NCBI GenBank assembly: GCA_045545235.1
Contig: JAZQAN010000017.1
Coordinates: 1,200-65,199, forward strand
DNA length: 64,000 nt
Source: Clostridia bacterium
Lineage (GTDB): Bacteria > Bacillota > Clostridia > Monoglobales > Firm-18
Reading direction: 5' to 3'
Below, in pieces: positions 30,235 through 38,844 of this stretch. The notes below the pieces were generated by a model. The model had not been told where the DNA came from and searched no databases. It was given only the letters and a program-made list of their open reading frames with translations. Both the position numbers and the translations under genes were made by a program. The stretch's first letter is position 1. Every line of letters starts with the position of its first letter.

Positions 30235-30265
30235 GTGGTCAAACGGGAAAAAAATCCCCTCCCAC
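30235..30265 (-). promoter_or_regulatory. L1-binding site upstream of rplA
   Basis: GTGGGAGGGGA...TCCCGTTTGACCAC abutting the AAGGAGG RBS. Confidence 0.75.
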
Positions 30266-30291
30266 GTAATTAAATCACCGAAGTGTGTGGA

Positions 30292-30717
30292 TTACTCTTC
30301 TACTGTAACACCCATACTGCGAGCAGTACCAGCGATCATAGACATAGCAGCTTCCAATGAAGCGGCATTAAGGTCAGGCATCTTCTGTTCAGCGATAGCC
30401 TGAAGATCAGCTTTTGAAAGCTGAGCAACCTTTGTCTTGTTAGGAACGCCTGAAGCTTTATCAATCTTACAAGCCTTCTTTATAAGAACAGCTGCCGGTG
30501 GAGTCTTAGTAATAAAAGTAAATGATCTGTCTGCAAAAACTGTAATTACAACAGGAATAATAAGACCAGCATCTTTGGCTGTCTTTTCGTTGAACTGTTT
30601 GCAGAATTCCATAATGTTAACACCATGCTGACCTAAAGCAGGACCAACCGGTGGTGCAGGAGTAGCCTTACCCGCTGCGATTTGTAATTTAATGTAACCA
30701 GCTACCTTTTGAGCCAT
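30292..30717 (-). CDS. rplK: 50S ribosomal protein L11
   Basis: [21 protein letters not shown] and GTARSMG motifs. Confidence 0.99.
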   Translation of the reverse strand: MAQKVAGYIKLQIAAGKATPAPPVGPALGQHGVNIMEFCKQFNEKTAKDAGLIIPVVITVFADRSFTFITKTPPAAVLIKKACKIDKASGVPNKTKVAQLSKADLQAIAEQKMPDLNAASLEAAMSMIAGTARSMGVTVEE

Positions 30718-30743
30718 AGTTTACACCTCCTAACATACTTGAT

Positions 30744-30773
30744 GTGGTACAAACGGGACCAATTCCCTCCCAC
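30744..30773 (-). promoter_or_regulatory. L1-binding site upstream of rplK
   Basis: GTGGGAGGGA...TCCCGTTTGTACCAC, a near copy of the rplA site. Confidence 0.75.
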
Positions 30774-30794
30774 TATAACATCGCACAAGCGAAA

Positions 30795-31310
30795 TTATAC
30801 AACTTCTACCTGATTGAACTCAAGTTCAACAGGAGTTTCTCTACCAAACATTGATACAACAACACGAACCTTTTTCTTTTCCATACTGATTTCATCAACA
30901 ATGCCGACAAAGTCTGAAAGTGGACCAAATTTAATTTTAACACTGTCACCTTCTGCATAGTTAAGAATAATCTGCTGCTGTTCAATACCCATATTTTCAA
31001 CCTCTTCATCAGTAAGAGGTACAGGCTTTGAGCCCGGTCCAACGAAACCTGTAACACCGCGTGTATTACGTACAATATACCAGGCTTCATCTGACATATT
31101 CATCTTTATAATAACATAGCCGGGAAATTTTTTGCGTGTAACAACTCTTTTTTCGTCGTCCTTCATTTCCACAACTTCTTCCATAGGAATCTGTATATCC
31201 AGGATGGCATCTTCAATGCCACGATTTTCTATGGTTTTTTCGATGTTAGCCTTAACCTTGTTCTCATAACCTGAATAAGTATGGACTACATACCATTTAG
31301 CCTTTGCCAT
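30795..31310 (-). CDS. nusG: transcription termination/antitermination factor NusG
   Basis: WYVVHTYSGYENKV, FPGY, VTGFVG, KOW domain and MFGRETPVEL. Confidence 0.99.
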   Translation of the reverse strand: MAKAKWYVVHTYSGYENKVKANIEKTIENRGIEDAILDIQIPMEEVVEMKDDEKRVVTRKKFPGYVIIKMNMSDEAWYIVRNTRGVTGFVGPGSKPVPLTDEEVENMGIEQQQIILNYAEGDSVKIKFGPLSDFVGIVDEISMEKKKVRVVVSMFGRETPVELEFNQVEVV

Positions 31311-31333
31311 GTGCCATCACTTCCTATTCAATA

Positions 31334-31900
31334 TTATTGTGCAGGTGTTTCACCTTCAACAGGTTTTTCACCTTCAGCAGGCTTTTCGCCTTCAGCAGGT
31401 GTTTCGCCTTCAGCAGGTGTTTCGCCTTCAGCAGGCTTTTCGCCTTCAGCAGGTGTTTCGCCTTCAGCAGGTGTTTCACCTTCAGCAGGTGTTTCTTCTA
31501 CAATACCCATTCTTGCATTAACTTCTTCCTGTGTCAAAACAGCGCCTGTTTCTTTGTCTGTGTATTCGCCAGTTTCCTGGTTCATTATAATTCCTTTTTC
31601 GTCAAGTGCTTTGATTGTTTCTGCAATCATAGCCTGATACTGTTCTTCTGTAATCTGTTGTTCACTACCTGTAGTAGCTTCAGGTTGAGTTTGTTCAACA
31701 GTTTCAGCAGGGGAAATTACATTCCACGCTGACGCAAAGCCATAATCCAAAACCCAGATTAGAGCCCCAATAACCAATACTACAGCAAGAACAACAAATG
31801 TATTGTTCTTCACCTGTTTAAAGCTTGGCCATGTAACTTTTTTAAGTTCAGCCTTTACTTCTTTAACAAAATTAAGAGCCTTACTCTTTTTCTTAGCCAT
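31334..31900 (-). CDS. secE: preprotein translocase SecE with long acidic C-terminal extension
   Basis: FVKEVKAELKKVTWPS followed by a single TM; located between rpmG and nusG. Confidence 0.93.
   Translation of the reverse strand: MAKKKSKALNFVKEVKAELKKVTWPSFKQVKNNTFVVLAVVLVIGALIWVLDYGFASAWNVISPAETVEQTQPEATTGSEQQITEEQYQAMIAETIKALDEKGIIMNQETGEYTDKETGAVLTQEEVNARMGIVEETPAEGETPAEGETPAEGEKPAEGETPAEGETPAEGEKPAEGEKPVEGETPAQ
31341..31495 (-). repeat. 18-bp coding tandem repeat, 8 full units plus a partial, encoding E[TK]P[AV]EG
   Basis: gcaggtgtttcgccttca-type units at 18-bp spacing starting at 31341. Confidence 0.95.
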
Positions 31901-31929
31901 TTTATCACTCCCTCTATAATAAGATAGAA

Positions 31930-32079
31930 TTATTTTGTTTCTTTATGAAGAGTGTGCTTTCTGCAGAATTTGCAGTATTTGTTCATTTCAAGACGATCAG
32001 GATCGTTCTTCTTGTTCTTCATTGTGTCATAGTTTCTCTGTTTGCATTCTGTGCATTCCAATGTAATTTTTACTCTCAT
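31930..32079 (-). CDS. rpmG: 50S ribosomal protein L33 (Cys-containing, Zn-binding form); not in the supplied ORF track
   Basis: Manual translation: [57 protein letters not shown]. Confidence 0.97.
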   Translation of the reverse strand: MRVKITLECTECKQRNYDTMKNKKNDPDRLEMNKYCKFCRKHTLHKETK

Positions 32080-32162
32080 ATTTTTAACCTCCAAATTGTT
32101 ATCTGTTTAAAACCCGTAAAAAGGCACATCAAAAAAAGACCCATTTTTACGAGGTCTATATA

Positions 32163-32191
32163 AATATATCATATAAACATCGCTAAGTCAA
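32163..32191 (-). promoter_or_regulatory. sigma-A promoter of rpmG-secE-nusG-rplK-rplA
   Basis: TTGACT-17 nt-TATATT with a TG extension. Confidence 0.7.
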
Positions 32192-32208
32192 GTGTTTTTT
32201 TTAATTTT

Positions 32209-32862
32209 TTACAGAGTACCCACTTTTTTTCCATTACGGGGATATTTGGCAGGAGTATTGCCTGTTTTTTCTATAACCACAATACTATGTGTAATTTCCT
32301 CATCAGAAAGTGTATGAAGCTGAACCTCCTTCACGTTTCCTCCAAGTAATTTTATAAGTGGTTTTGCCTCATCAAGCTCCGCTTCAATATCCTTACCCTT
32401 CATAGCAAGCATATATCCACCTTTTTTCACAAGCGGAAGACAATATTCAACCAATGTGCAAAGTCTTGCAACCGCCCGGCTTACCGCAACGTCAAACTGC
32501 TCGCGGTACAGTTTGTTTTTCCCCGCTTCTTCTGCACGTATATGAATGCATTCTGTTTCAATTCCAAGTTGCGAAGAAACTTCCTTCAAAAAATTAATTC
32601 TTTTATTGAGACTGTCCATAAGTGTAAGTTTTATGTTGTTATTTTCAATTTTTACAGGAATACCGGGGAAACCTGCCCCCGTACCAACATCAACAACCTT
32701 ATCCCCATCATTTATGTATCCGCTTTTAAGACACGTAATACTGTCCTCAAAATGTTTAACTTTTACTTCTTCAGGCTCTGTAATGGCTGTAAGATTAATT
32801 TTTTCATTCCATTCAAGAAGAAGACTCATATATTTTTCAAATTCCGGTTTCAAAAAAATCAC
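32209..32862 (-). CDS. rsmG: 16S rRNA m7G527 methyltransferase
   Basis: WNEKINLTAI, KHFEDS, DVGTGAGFPG, SRAVA and TPAKYPR motifs. Start uncertain (TTG at 32853 is plausible). Confidence 0.95.
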   Translation of the reverse strand: MIFLKPEFEKYMSLLLEWNEKINLTAITEPEEVKVKHFEDSITCLKSGYINDGDKVVDVGTGAGFPGIPVKIENNNIKLTLMDSLNKRINFLKEVSSQLGIETECIHIRAEEAGKNKLYREQFDVAVSRAVARLCTLVEYCLPLVKKGGYMLAMKGKDIEAELDEAKPLIKLLGGNVKEVQLHTLSDEEITHSIVVIEKTGNTPAKYPRNGKKVGTL

Positions 32863-32903
32863 CTCTGTGACATTATATCACAAAGGTGAGAATATTTCCA
32901 CAC

Positions 32904-33587
32904 TTATTTTATCAAATCCAGAGGATTAATATATTTTTCCTCAGAAACAACTTCAAAATGAAGATGGGGTTTTTGAGAAAATTCAAACTCTCCTTTATTT
33001 CCCACCGTCCCAATCATCTGTCCTTCATCGAGGTTATCATCTTTTTTTACAACTGCTTTATCAAGATTTTTATATATAGTAATTATACCATCCTGATGTT
33101 GTATCTTAACAGAAACCCCATATTTTTCACTTTCAGATACATCAACAACAATGCCGGGAGCTGACGTATCAACCTCTGCTCCATAATCTGCTTCTATATC
33201 CACACCACTATGCGTTCTCCAATCCTGCATTGTTTCATCCCATAAAAGTTCATCAGTGGAAAATTCTTTCTGAATTTTTCCCGAAAGAGGCATCCTGTAT
33301 TCAAAACGCACCATAACCTCTTTTGTTTGTGGCTCTTCGATTTCTTCCACCGGTACAAATTCTTCCTTTTCAACGCTGAATTCATATTCTTCAATTTCTT
33401 CTCTTTTGTTATCAGTCACAACCGGAACATCATCAGGTTCAATGTTTTCACTATTTTCTGCAACACGTTGAGAGTTACGTGTAAATACTGCCGAAACCAT
33501 AATAATTCCCAATGCAAATACAGTAAGTGTTATAAAAAATTTATTGCTCACAAGTTTTAATACAGAATTACCTTTTTTATCACTCAT
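32904..33587 (-). CDS. spoIIQ: membrane-anchored M23/LytM peptidase, SpoIIQ-like
   Basis: N-terminal TM; HSGVD and PHLHFEV motifs; directly downstream of spoIID; sigma-F-like promoter. Confidence 0.75.
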   Translation of the reverse strand: MSDKKGNSVLKLVSNKFFITLTVFALGIIMVSAVFTRNSQRVAENSENIEPDDVPVVTDNKREEIEEYEFSVEKEEFVPVEEIEEPQTKEVMVRFEYRMPLSGKIQKEFSTDELLWDETMQDWRTHSGVDIEADYGAEVDTSAPGIVVDVSESEKYGVSVKIQHQDGIITIYKNLDKAVVKKDDNLDEGQMIGTVGNKGEFEFSQKPHLHFEVVSEEKYINPLDLIK

Positions 33588-33606
33588 AACATCTACCTCC
33601 TGAGGA

Positions 33607-33635
33607 TATTATTCCCCAAGAAGATGTTTTTATAC
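33607..33635 (-). promoter_or_regulatory. sigma-F-type promoter
   Basis: GTATA-14 nt-GGGAATAATA matches the GYATA...GGnnAnAHTR consensus. Confidence 0.7.
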
Positions 33636-33636
33636 G

Positions 33637-34605
33637 TTATTTTTCTATCTCAACACCTGTATAGTACCACTTTAAAATCTCTTCATATGTTTTACCCTTT
33701 TCTGCCATAATGTTGGCACCGTGCTGACTCATGCCTACTCCATGCCCTGCTCCTTTCACGGTAAAAGTAACCTTATCATCAAGAATTGAAATATCAAAAC
33801 ACGAAGATTTTAAACCAAAAAGACTGCGAAGTTCTATACCACTTAAAATATCATTTCCTATTTTTGCACTTTTAACAGACCTTCCCTCAGTAAGAGTTAT
33901 TTCTCCAATCCAGTTATTTCTGTCATCATCAAGTTTTGCTTCCGGATATTTTTCGTTTATTAATTTTTTAAACTCTTCACAAGTTAATTCTTTTTTTGAT
34001 ATATAACCATCTCTGCTATCCTCATCGGCACTTTCAACACTTACCAGATAAGGGAGTTCATTTGCCCACACATCTTTGCTGTTTTCAGTTCTCCCGCCTC
34101 CGCTGGATGCATGAAATGCAGCAGTAATCGGTATACCCTCATAAGTCAGAAATTCTCCTCTTGTATCCTCTACACATTTTACAATCTTCTTATAATAAAC
34201 CTTCATCCATTGTTCACCATGTTTTTTTTCGAGATTTTCTCGTGACGTATAAGCACAGCAATGTGTAGAATCAGTACACAACACCGCCCCATTATGCTCC
34301 TTTGGAATAAGTTCAGAGTTTTCACTGCATTTTGTGTATTTATCATATATGTATGTTCTTGCAGCAACAGCCTGTGCCTTTATTGCCTCTTCATTAAAAC
34401 TTCCCGGCACCTCAGCCGCAACTACACAAATTAAAAAATCCTCAAAATTCACATTTTCAACTTTGTTTTCTTCAACAAAATATACCGATATTTCATCAGG
34501 TAGTTTTTTATTCTTAAAATAATTTGACCTCATAGTCATAATAACAAACACAACAATTACACAAGCAATCATAATACTGTATAAAAGCCCTATTTTTCTC
34601 ATCAA
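33637..34605 (-). CDS. spoIID: stage II sporulation protein D (lytic transglycosylase)
   Basis: VVAAEVP, EAIKAQAVAARTY, PYLVSV and GAGHGVGMSQHGA motifs. Confidence 0.93.
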   Translation of the reverse strand: MMRKIGLLYSIMIACVIVVFVIMTMRSNYFKNKKLPDEISVYFVEENKVENVNFEDFLICVVAAEVPGSFNEEAIKAQAVAARTYIYDKYTKCSENSELIPKEHNGAVLCTDSTHCCAYTSRENLEKKHGEQWMKVYYKKIVKCVEDTRGEFLTYEGIPITAAFHASSGGGRTENSKDVWANELPYLVSVESADEDSRDGYISKKELTCEEFKKLINEKYPEAKLDDDRNNWIGEITLTEGRSVKSAKIGNDILSGIELRSLFGLKSSCFDISILDDKVTFTVKGAGHGVGMSQHGANIMAEKGKTYEEILKWYYTGVEIEK

Positions 34606-34735
34606 AATTCACCTCTTTTTAATTATACAGGACAAGTATAAAAAATATTACGAAATGTTATAAATTTGTAATTGTATTTATCAATCATATATGTTATACT
34701 TAATACATAAAAGAAAACAAAAGGGAGTGTCTCAA

Positions 34736-35710
34736 ATGATTAAAAAAACACTTAGCATCATATTAACAATAGTTATTATGGCATCAATGCTTTGCACAGT
34801 ATCAAACGCAGCTATGGGGGTTGCAGGCAATTACTATTATACTGACATCAAAACATATACCCGCGGTCAGCTTATGAATTCTTACAATGTTGGCGGAAAA
34901 ACAGTTATTGTTGCAGAAGATCTCAGAAGTTACGGCTTTAAAGTAGACTGGAATGCAACAAACAGAACTCTTTCAATTACAGATGTTAAGGGTGCTGTTT
35001 CTTCAAATGCAACAGAAGCAAGCAAAGGAACAATAGGCGCTGTAGCAGGAAGTTATTACCATACCGATATTGTTACATACTTTGAAGGCAAGCAAATTGA
35101 AAGTTATAACCTTAACGGTGTTACAGTTATACCGGCAACCATCTTAAGAGATTTTGGATACGACGTAATATGGGACGGTGAAAACCGTAAGGTATACATT
35201 AATGACAAAGAAGATTTTGCAGGGATAAAAATCAAGGCAAATCAGACATACCATGGTACACTTTCTCTTGTAACAGAACCTGTTTATTTCAATGGTCAGC
35301 GTCTTATTACTGACAACAACATATACATTGAAACAAAACTTGACAAAAAGGTATACATTCCATTCAAAGCAGTTGTAGATGCTTTAGGCATCAAATACAC
35401 ATGGGACAGTGCAACTTCAACAGCTACTGTTACAGTTCCTGAAGATAAGGATATAAATCCTGCCAAAACAGAACCCAGAAACAACTCTAAAAAATACGGT
35501 ACTATGAAATATGAAATAAAGGATATTGAATTTAACATTGTAAAAGGCAATGACAAACATGTGGTGGATGCTGTTATCTACGGCTCAACAGTTATGGTTG
35601 ATGCAAATGACTTTGCAGATGCAATTGGAATGTTCTGCATAAATCAGGTTGATATATACACCTCCACAATGATGTATATGATTTATTCAGGAATGGTTCA
35701 GGGCTTCTAA
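34736..35710 (+). CDS. secreted protein with copper-amine-oxidase-N-like repeats
   Basis: Signal peptide; two YxTDIxTY...SYNxxG...LRx[YF]G[FY]xVxW repeats and a YIPFKAV...LGIKYTWD unit. Confidence 0.72.
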   Translation: MIKKTLSIILTIVIMASMLCTVSNAAMGVAGNYYYTDIKTYTRGQLMNSYNVGGKTVIVAEDLRSYGFKVDWNATNRTLSITDVKGAVSSNATEASKGTIGAVAGSYYHTDIVTYFEGKQIESYNLNGVTVIPATILRDFGYDVIWDGENRKVYINDKEDFAGIKIKANQTYHGTLSLVTEPVYFNGQRLITDNNIYIETKLDKKVYIPFKAVVDALGIKYTWDSATSTATVTVPEDKDINPAKTEPRNNSKKYGTMKYEIKDIEFNIVKGNDKHVVDAVIYGSTVMVDANDFADAIGMFCINQVDIYTSTMMYMIYSGMVQGF

Positions 35711-35767
35711 AACACTCTGCCAGACCGAGAATAAGAAAATCAGATTTTATCAAATTGAATTAACGAA

Positions 35768-35803
35768 TAATCCCAAGGAAAACCGATATTTTCCTTGGGA
35801 TTA
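35768..35803. terminator. bidirectional intrinsic terminator
   Basis: TAATCCCAAGGAAAA...TTTTCCTTGGGATTA between convergent genes. Confidence 0.85.
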
Positions 35804-35819
35804 ATATTATATATAAATT

Positions 35820-36230
35820 TTATCCTATATAATCTCTGCATATAAGTTCGTCCCATTCAACATTGCCGTTTTCCAAAGAATCGAGCATAACCTTTGCTGT
35901 AGACACATTTGTTGCAAGGGGTACACAATGAACATCAGCAAGGCGTAACAAAGCCGATACATCAGGCTCGTGAGGCTGTGCAGTAAGTGGGTCGCGAAAA
36001 AATATCACCAGATTCATTTCCCCCGAAGCAATTTTTGCGCCAATTTGCTGGTCACCACCTAAAGGACCTGACAAAAATCTGTAAACTTCAAGACCAGTCA
36101 AATCTGTAATAAGCTTTCCTGTTGTTCCTGTAGCAAAAAGTGAATGTTTTTCTAAAACAGCTTTATTGTCATTACAAAACTTAATCATAACATCTTTCTT
36201 TTTATCGTGTGCTATAAGAGCTATATTCAT
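35820..36230 (-). CDS. mgsA: methylglyoxal synthase
   Basis: [27 protein letters not shown] and PHEPD motifs. Confidence 0.97.
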   Translation of the reverse strand: MNIALIAHDKKKDVMIKFCNDNKAVLEKHSLFATGTTGKLITDLTGLEVYRFLSGPLGGDQQIGAKIASGEMNLVIFFRDPLTAQPHEPDVSALLRLADVHCVPLATNVSTAKVMLDSLENGNVEWDELICRDYIG

Positions 36231-36302
36231 TAACCTTCCTCCTTTCGTATATTTCAATTTTATCATAATTATGTAAAATTCCAAAGTAGATTTTTGTTAA
36301 AT

Positions 36303-37196
36303 CTACTTTAAAAATTTCTTGAATCTTTCAGGAATTTCTGTTTCAAACTCTAAATATTCCTCTGTTATAGGATGGACAAATCCGACTATTTTAGCATGAA
36401 GAAGCTGTCCGCTTAAATTATATTTTTCCTTTTTTATTCCGTATGTCTTATCTCCCATTACAGGATGTCCAAGACTTGCCATATGTACACGTATCTGATG
36501 CGTGCGGCCTGTTTCAAGCTTACATTCAACTAATGTATACTCCATAAATCTTTGCAAAACCCTGTAATGTGTAACGGCATTTTTTGAATTTTTATCCGTT
36601 ATACACATTCTTTTCCTGTCAGTTGGATGTCTGCCTATAGGTGCATCAACCGTACCCTCATCATTTTTGAAATTGCCATGAACAATGGCAATATATTTTC
36701 TTGTAAGGGAATGCTCCTTAATCTGTTCCGAAAGCCCGATATGTGTTTCATCATCCTTTGCCACAAGCAAAAGTCCGCTTGTATCCTTATCTATACGGTG
36801 AACAATACCGGGGCGAATAACCCCATTAATTCCGGAAAGACTATCTCCGCAATGATGCATAAGTGCATTTACCAAAGTCCCCTCATAATTGCCCGCAGCA
36901 GGATGTACTACCATATTCTGAGGCTTATTAACAACAAGCATATGTTCATCCTCATACACAATATCAAGTTCAATTTCCTCTGCCTTTACGTCAAGTTGTT
37001 TTGCTTCCGGAATAGTAAACTCTATGTTTTGCCCCACTTTAAGCTTGTAATTTGACTTCACAATCTTACCGTCAACAAGAACATTTCCTTCGTCAATAAG
37101 TTTTTGAATATGGGATCGGGTAACACCATCCATATGGGCAGCTATAAATTTATCTATTCTTAAATTTTCATCTGCAACATAATTAATCTTTTTCAA
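36303..37196 (-). CDS. rluD: RluA/RluD family pseudouridine synthase
   Basis: S4 domain, HRIDKDTSG and TGRTHQIRVH motifs; follows lspA. Confidence 0.9.
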   Translation of the reverse strand: MKKINYVADENLRIDKFIAAHMDGVTRSHIQKLIDEGNVLVDGKIVKSNYKLKVGQNIEFTIPEAKQLDVKAEEIELDIVYEDEHMLVVNKPQNMVVHPAAGNYEGTLVNALMHHCGDSLSGINGVIRPGIVHRIDKDTSGLLLVAKDDETHIGLSEQIKEHSLTRKYIAIVHGNFKNDEGTVDAPIGRHPTDRKRMCITDKNSKNAVTHYRVLQRFMEYTLVECKLETGRTHQIRVHMASLGHPVMGDKTYGIKKEKYNLSGQLLHAKIVGFVHPITEEYLEFETEIPERFKKFLK

Positions 37197-37677
37197 CTGT
37201 ATCTTTTCCTTTTTCAAAAAATAGAATATAAACTGCAAGCATTATTGTACCAACTACAATAAAACTGTCTGCCACATTAAATATAGGGTAATTAATAACA
37301 CAAACATCAATAAAATCAATGACAAAACCATATAAAATTCTGTCAAAAACATTCCCCAACGCGCCACCTATAATCATACCATAGCACATTTTCTCAACCA
37401 ATGATGATGGCTTTGTTTTATAAATATATAAGCCAATCAAAACCAGTATAAAAGCACACAACATAATGAGCAGAATTTTATTATCCTTAAACATACCAAA
37501 AGCTATGCCGGTATTTCCGTGATAAGTAATATGAAAAACATCTTTTATCAAAGGTACACTATCACCAAACCTTGATGAATCGGGAAAAGAAAGTCCGAAA
37601 ACATATTTAAGAACAGCAATTTTACTTATTCTGTCCACCAAAAATATTACAATTGCCGCAACTGTTATACCAACCAT
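37183..37677 (-). CDS. lspA: lipoprotein signal peptidase II
   Basis: NTGIAFG, GALGNVFDR, VIDFI and FNVAD motifs. Confidence 0.95.
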   Translation of the reverse strand: MVGITVAAIVIFLVDRISKIAVLKYVFGLSFPDSSRFGDSVPLIKDVFHITYHGNTGIAFGMFKDNKILLIMLCAFILVLIGLYIYKTKPSSLVEKMCYGMIIGGALGNVFDRILYGFVIDFIDVCVINYPIFNVADSFIVVGTIMLAVYILFFEKGKDTVEKD

Positions 37678-37699
37678 AAACCTGACCTCTCTAAAAACA

Positions 37700-37724
37700 A
37701 ACGGCATGGAAACTACCATGCCGT
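37700..37724 (-). terminator. stem-loop / probable terminator after the CD1247-like gene
   Basis: ACGGCATGG-aaacta-CCATGCCGT followed by TTGTTTTT on the minus strand. Confidence 0.65.
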
Positions 37725-37735
37725 AATTTTATATA

Positions 37736-38155
37736 TTATTCGCAATCTCCGCTGCAGCATGAGCAATCGCCATCACAGCTCAAATCAATTTCTATTTCCT
37801 GATTGCAGTACGGGCAGTTAAGTTCTGCCTCGTCTTCAAGATCCTCATAGGAAATGAAAAACTCTTCATTGCAAGTAGGACATTTTATGGTAAATTCCTC
37901 ATCTTCGTCGCACTCTTCCATAAAATAACCATCTTCATCGTCATAGTCTTCATCACCATAAACGGCATCTTCAAGTTCAAACACCTTATCGTAAAGTTCA
38001 TCCTGAGCATCTTCCTGAGCTTCAAGTTCATCAGAGATGCTTCCCAAAACGTTAATTATTTCGCTAAGCAACTTTCCTTCAGGTGTTTCACCGTTAATTT
38101 TAAGACCTTCAGCAAGCCCCTGCAAGTATGCAACTTTTTCAGAAATTAATGACAT
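37736..38155 (-). CDS. CD1247 N-terminal-domain protein with zinc ribbon
   Basis: EKVAYLQGLAEGL N-terminus, acidic linker and CPTC...CPYC; usual position after efp in Clostridia. Confidence 0.85.
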   Translation of the reverse strand: MSLISEKVAYLQGLAEGLKINGETPEGKLLSEIINVLGSISDELEAQEDAQDELYDKVFELEDAVYGDEDYDDEDGYFMEECDEDEEFTIKCPTCNEEFFISYEDLEDEAELNCPYCNQEIEIDLSCDGDCSCCSGDCE

Positions 38156-38207
38156 AAATATCCCCTCCTTAAAAATATGGATATATTATTACCAAAGCAG
38201 TAATAAA

Positions 38208-38765
38208 TTAAACTCTTTCCATGTAATCGCCTGTACGTGTATCAATTCTGATAACGTCACCTTCATTAACGAAGATAGGCACCTGAATAACTGCACCTGT
38301 TTCCAATGTACAAGCCTTTGTTACGTTAGTAGCTGTATCACCTTTAACACCCGGTTCAGTTTCAGTAACTGTAAGTTCAACAAATGTAGGTGGTTCTACA
38401 TCAAATACGTTGCCTTTGTATGAAATAAGACGAACTGTATCATTTTCCTTAACAAACTTAAGTGCATCACCAAGCTGTGATGAATTAAGCGGAATCATAT
38501 CGAATGTTTCAGGATCCATAAAATAGTACAAATCGCCATCTGAATAAGAATACTGCATATCCTTACGTTCAATATGAGCCTTTGGCATTTTATCTGTTGG
38601 TCTGAAAGTTGTTTCAACATTTGAACCGTTGATAACGTCTTTAAGCTTTGTTCTTACGAAAGCCGCACCCTTACCCGGTTTAACGTGCTGAAATTCTACT
38701 ACCTGGTATACCTTTCCGTCCATTTCGAAAGTTACACCGTTTCTGAAATCGCCTGCTGTAATCAT
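38208..38765 (-). CDS. efp: elongation factor P
   Basis: [17 protein letters not shown] and LETG motifs. Confidence 0.98.
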   Translation of the reverse strand: MITAGDFRNGVTFEMDGKVYQVVEFQHVKPGKGAAFVRTKLKDVINGSNVETTFRPTDKMPKAHIERKDMQYSYSDGDLYYFMDPETFDMIPLNSSQLGDALKFVKENDTVRLISYKGNVFDVEPPTFVELTVTETEPGVKGDTATNVTKACTLETGAVIQVPIFVNEGDVIRIDTRTGDYMERV

Positions 38766-38844
38766 TTATTTCTACCTCCAAATTATTATCAAAATTAATC
38801 TATTATATATTTTACAATATTTTTCAGCAAAATTCAAGTGTTTT

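Noticed and set aside
29705-30403. 232-aa plus-strand ORF
   Set aside because: Antisense to rplA/rplK; explained by codon bias of highly expressed genes.
31341-31495. Regular repeats as a possible CRISPR array
   Set aside because: The units are head-to-tail 18-mers with no spacers, in frame inside secE, and no cas genes are present.
31281-31732. Three plus-strand ORFs with repetitive translations
   Set aside because: They are antisense shadows of the stop-free secE repeat and have no RBS.
31945-32163. 72-aa plus-strand ORF in the supplied track
   Set aside because: The real gene is rpmG on the minus strand (31930-32079).
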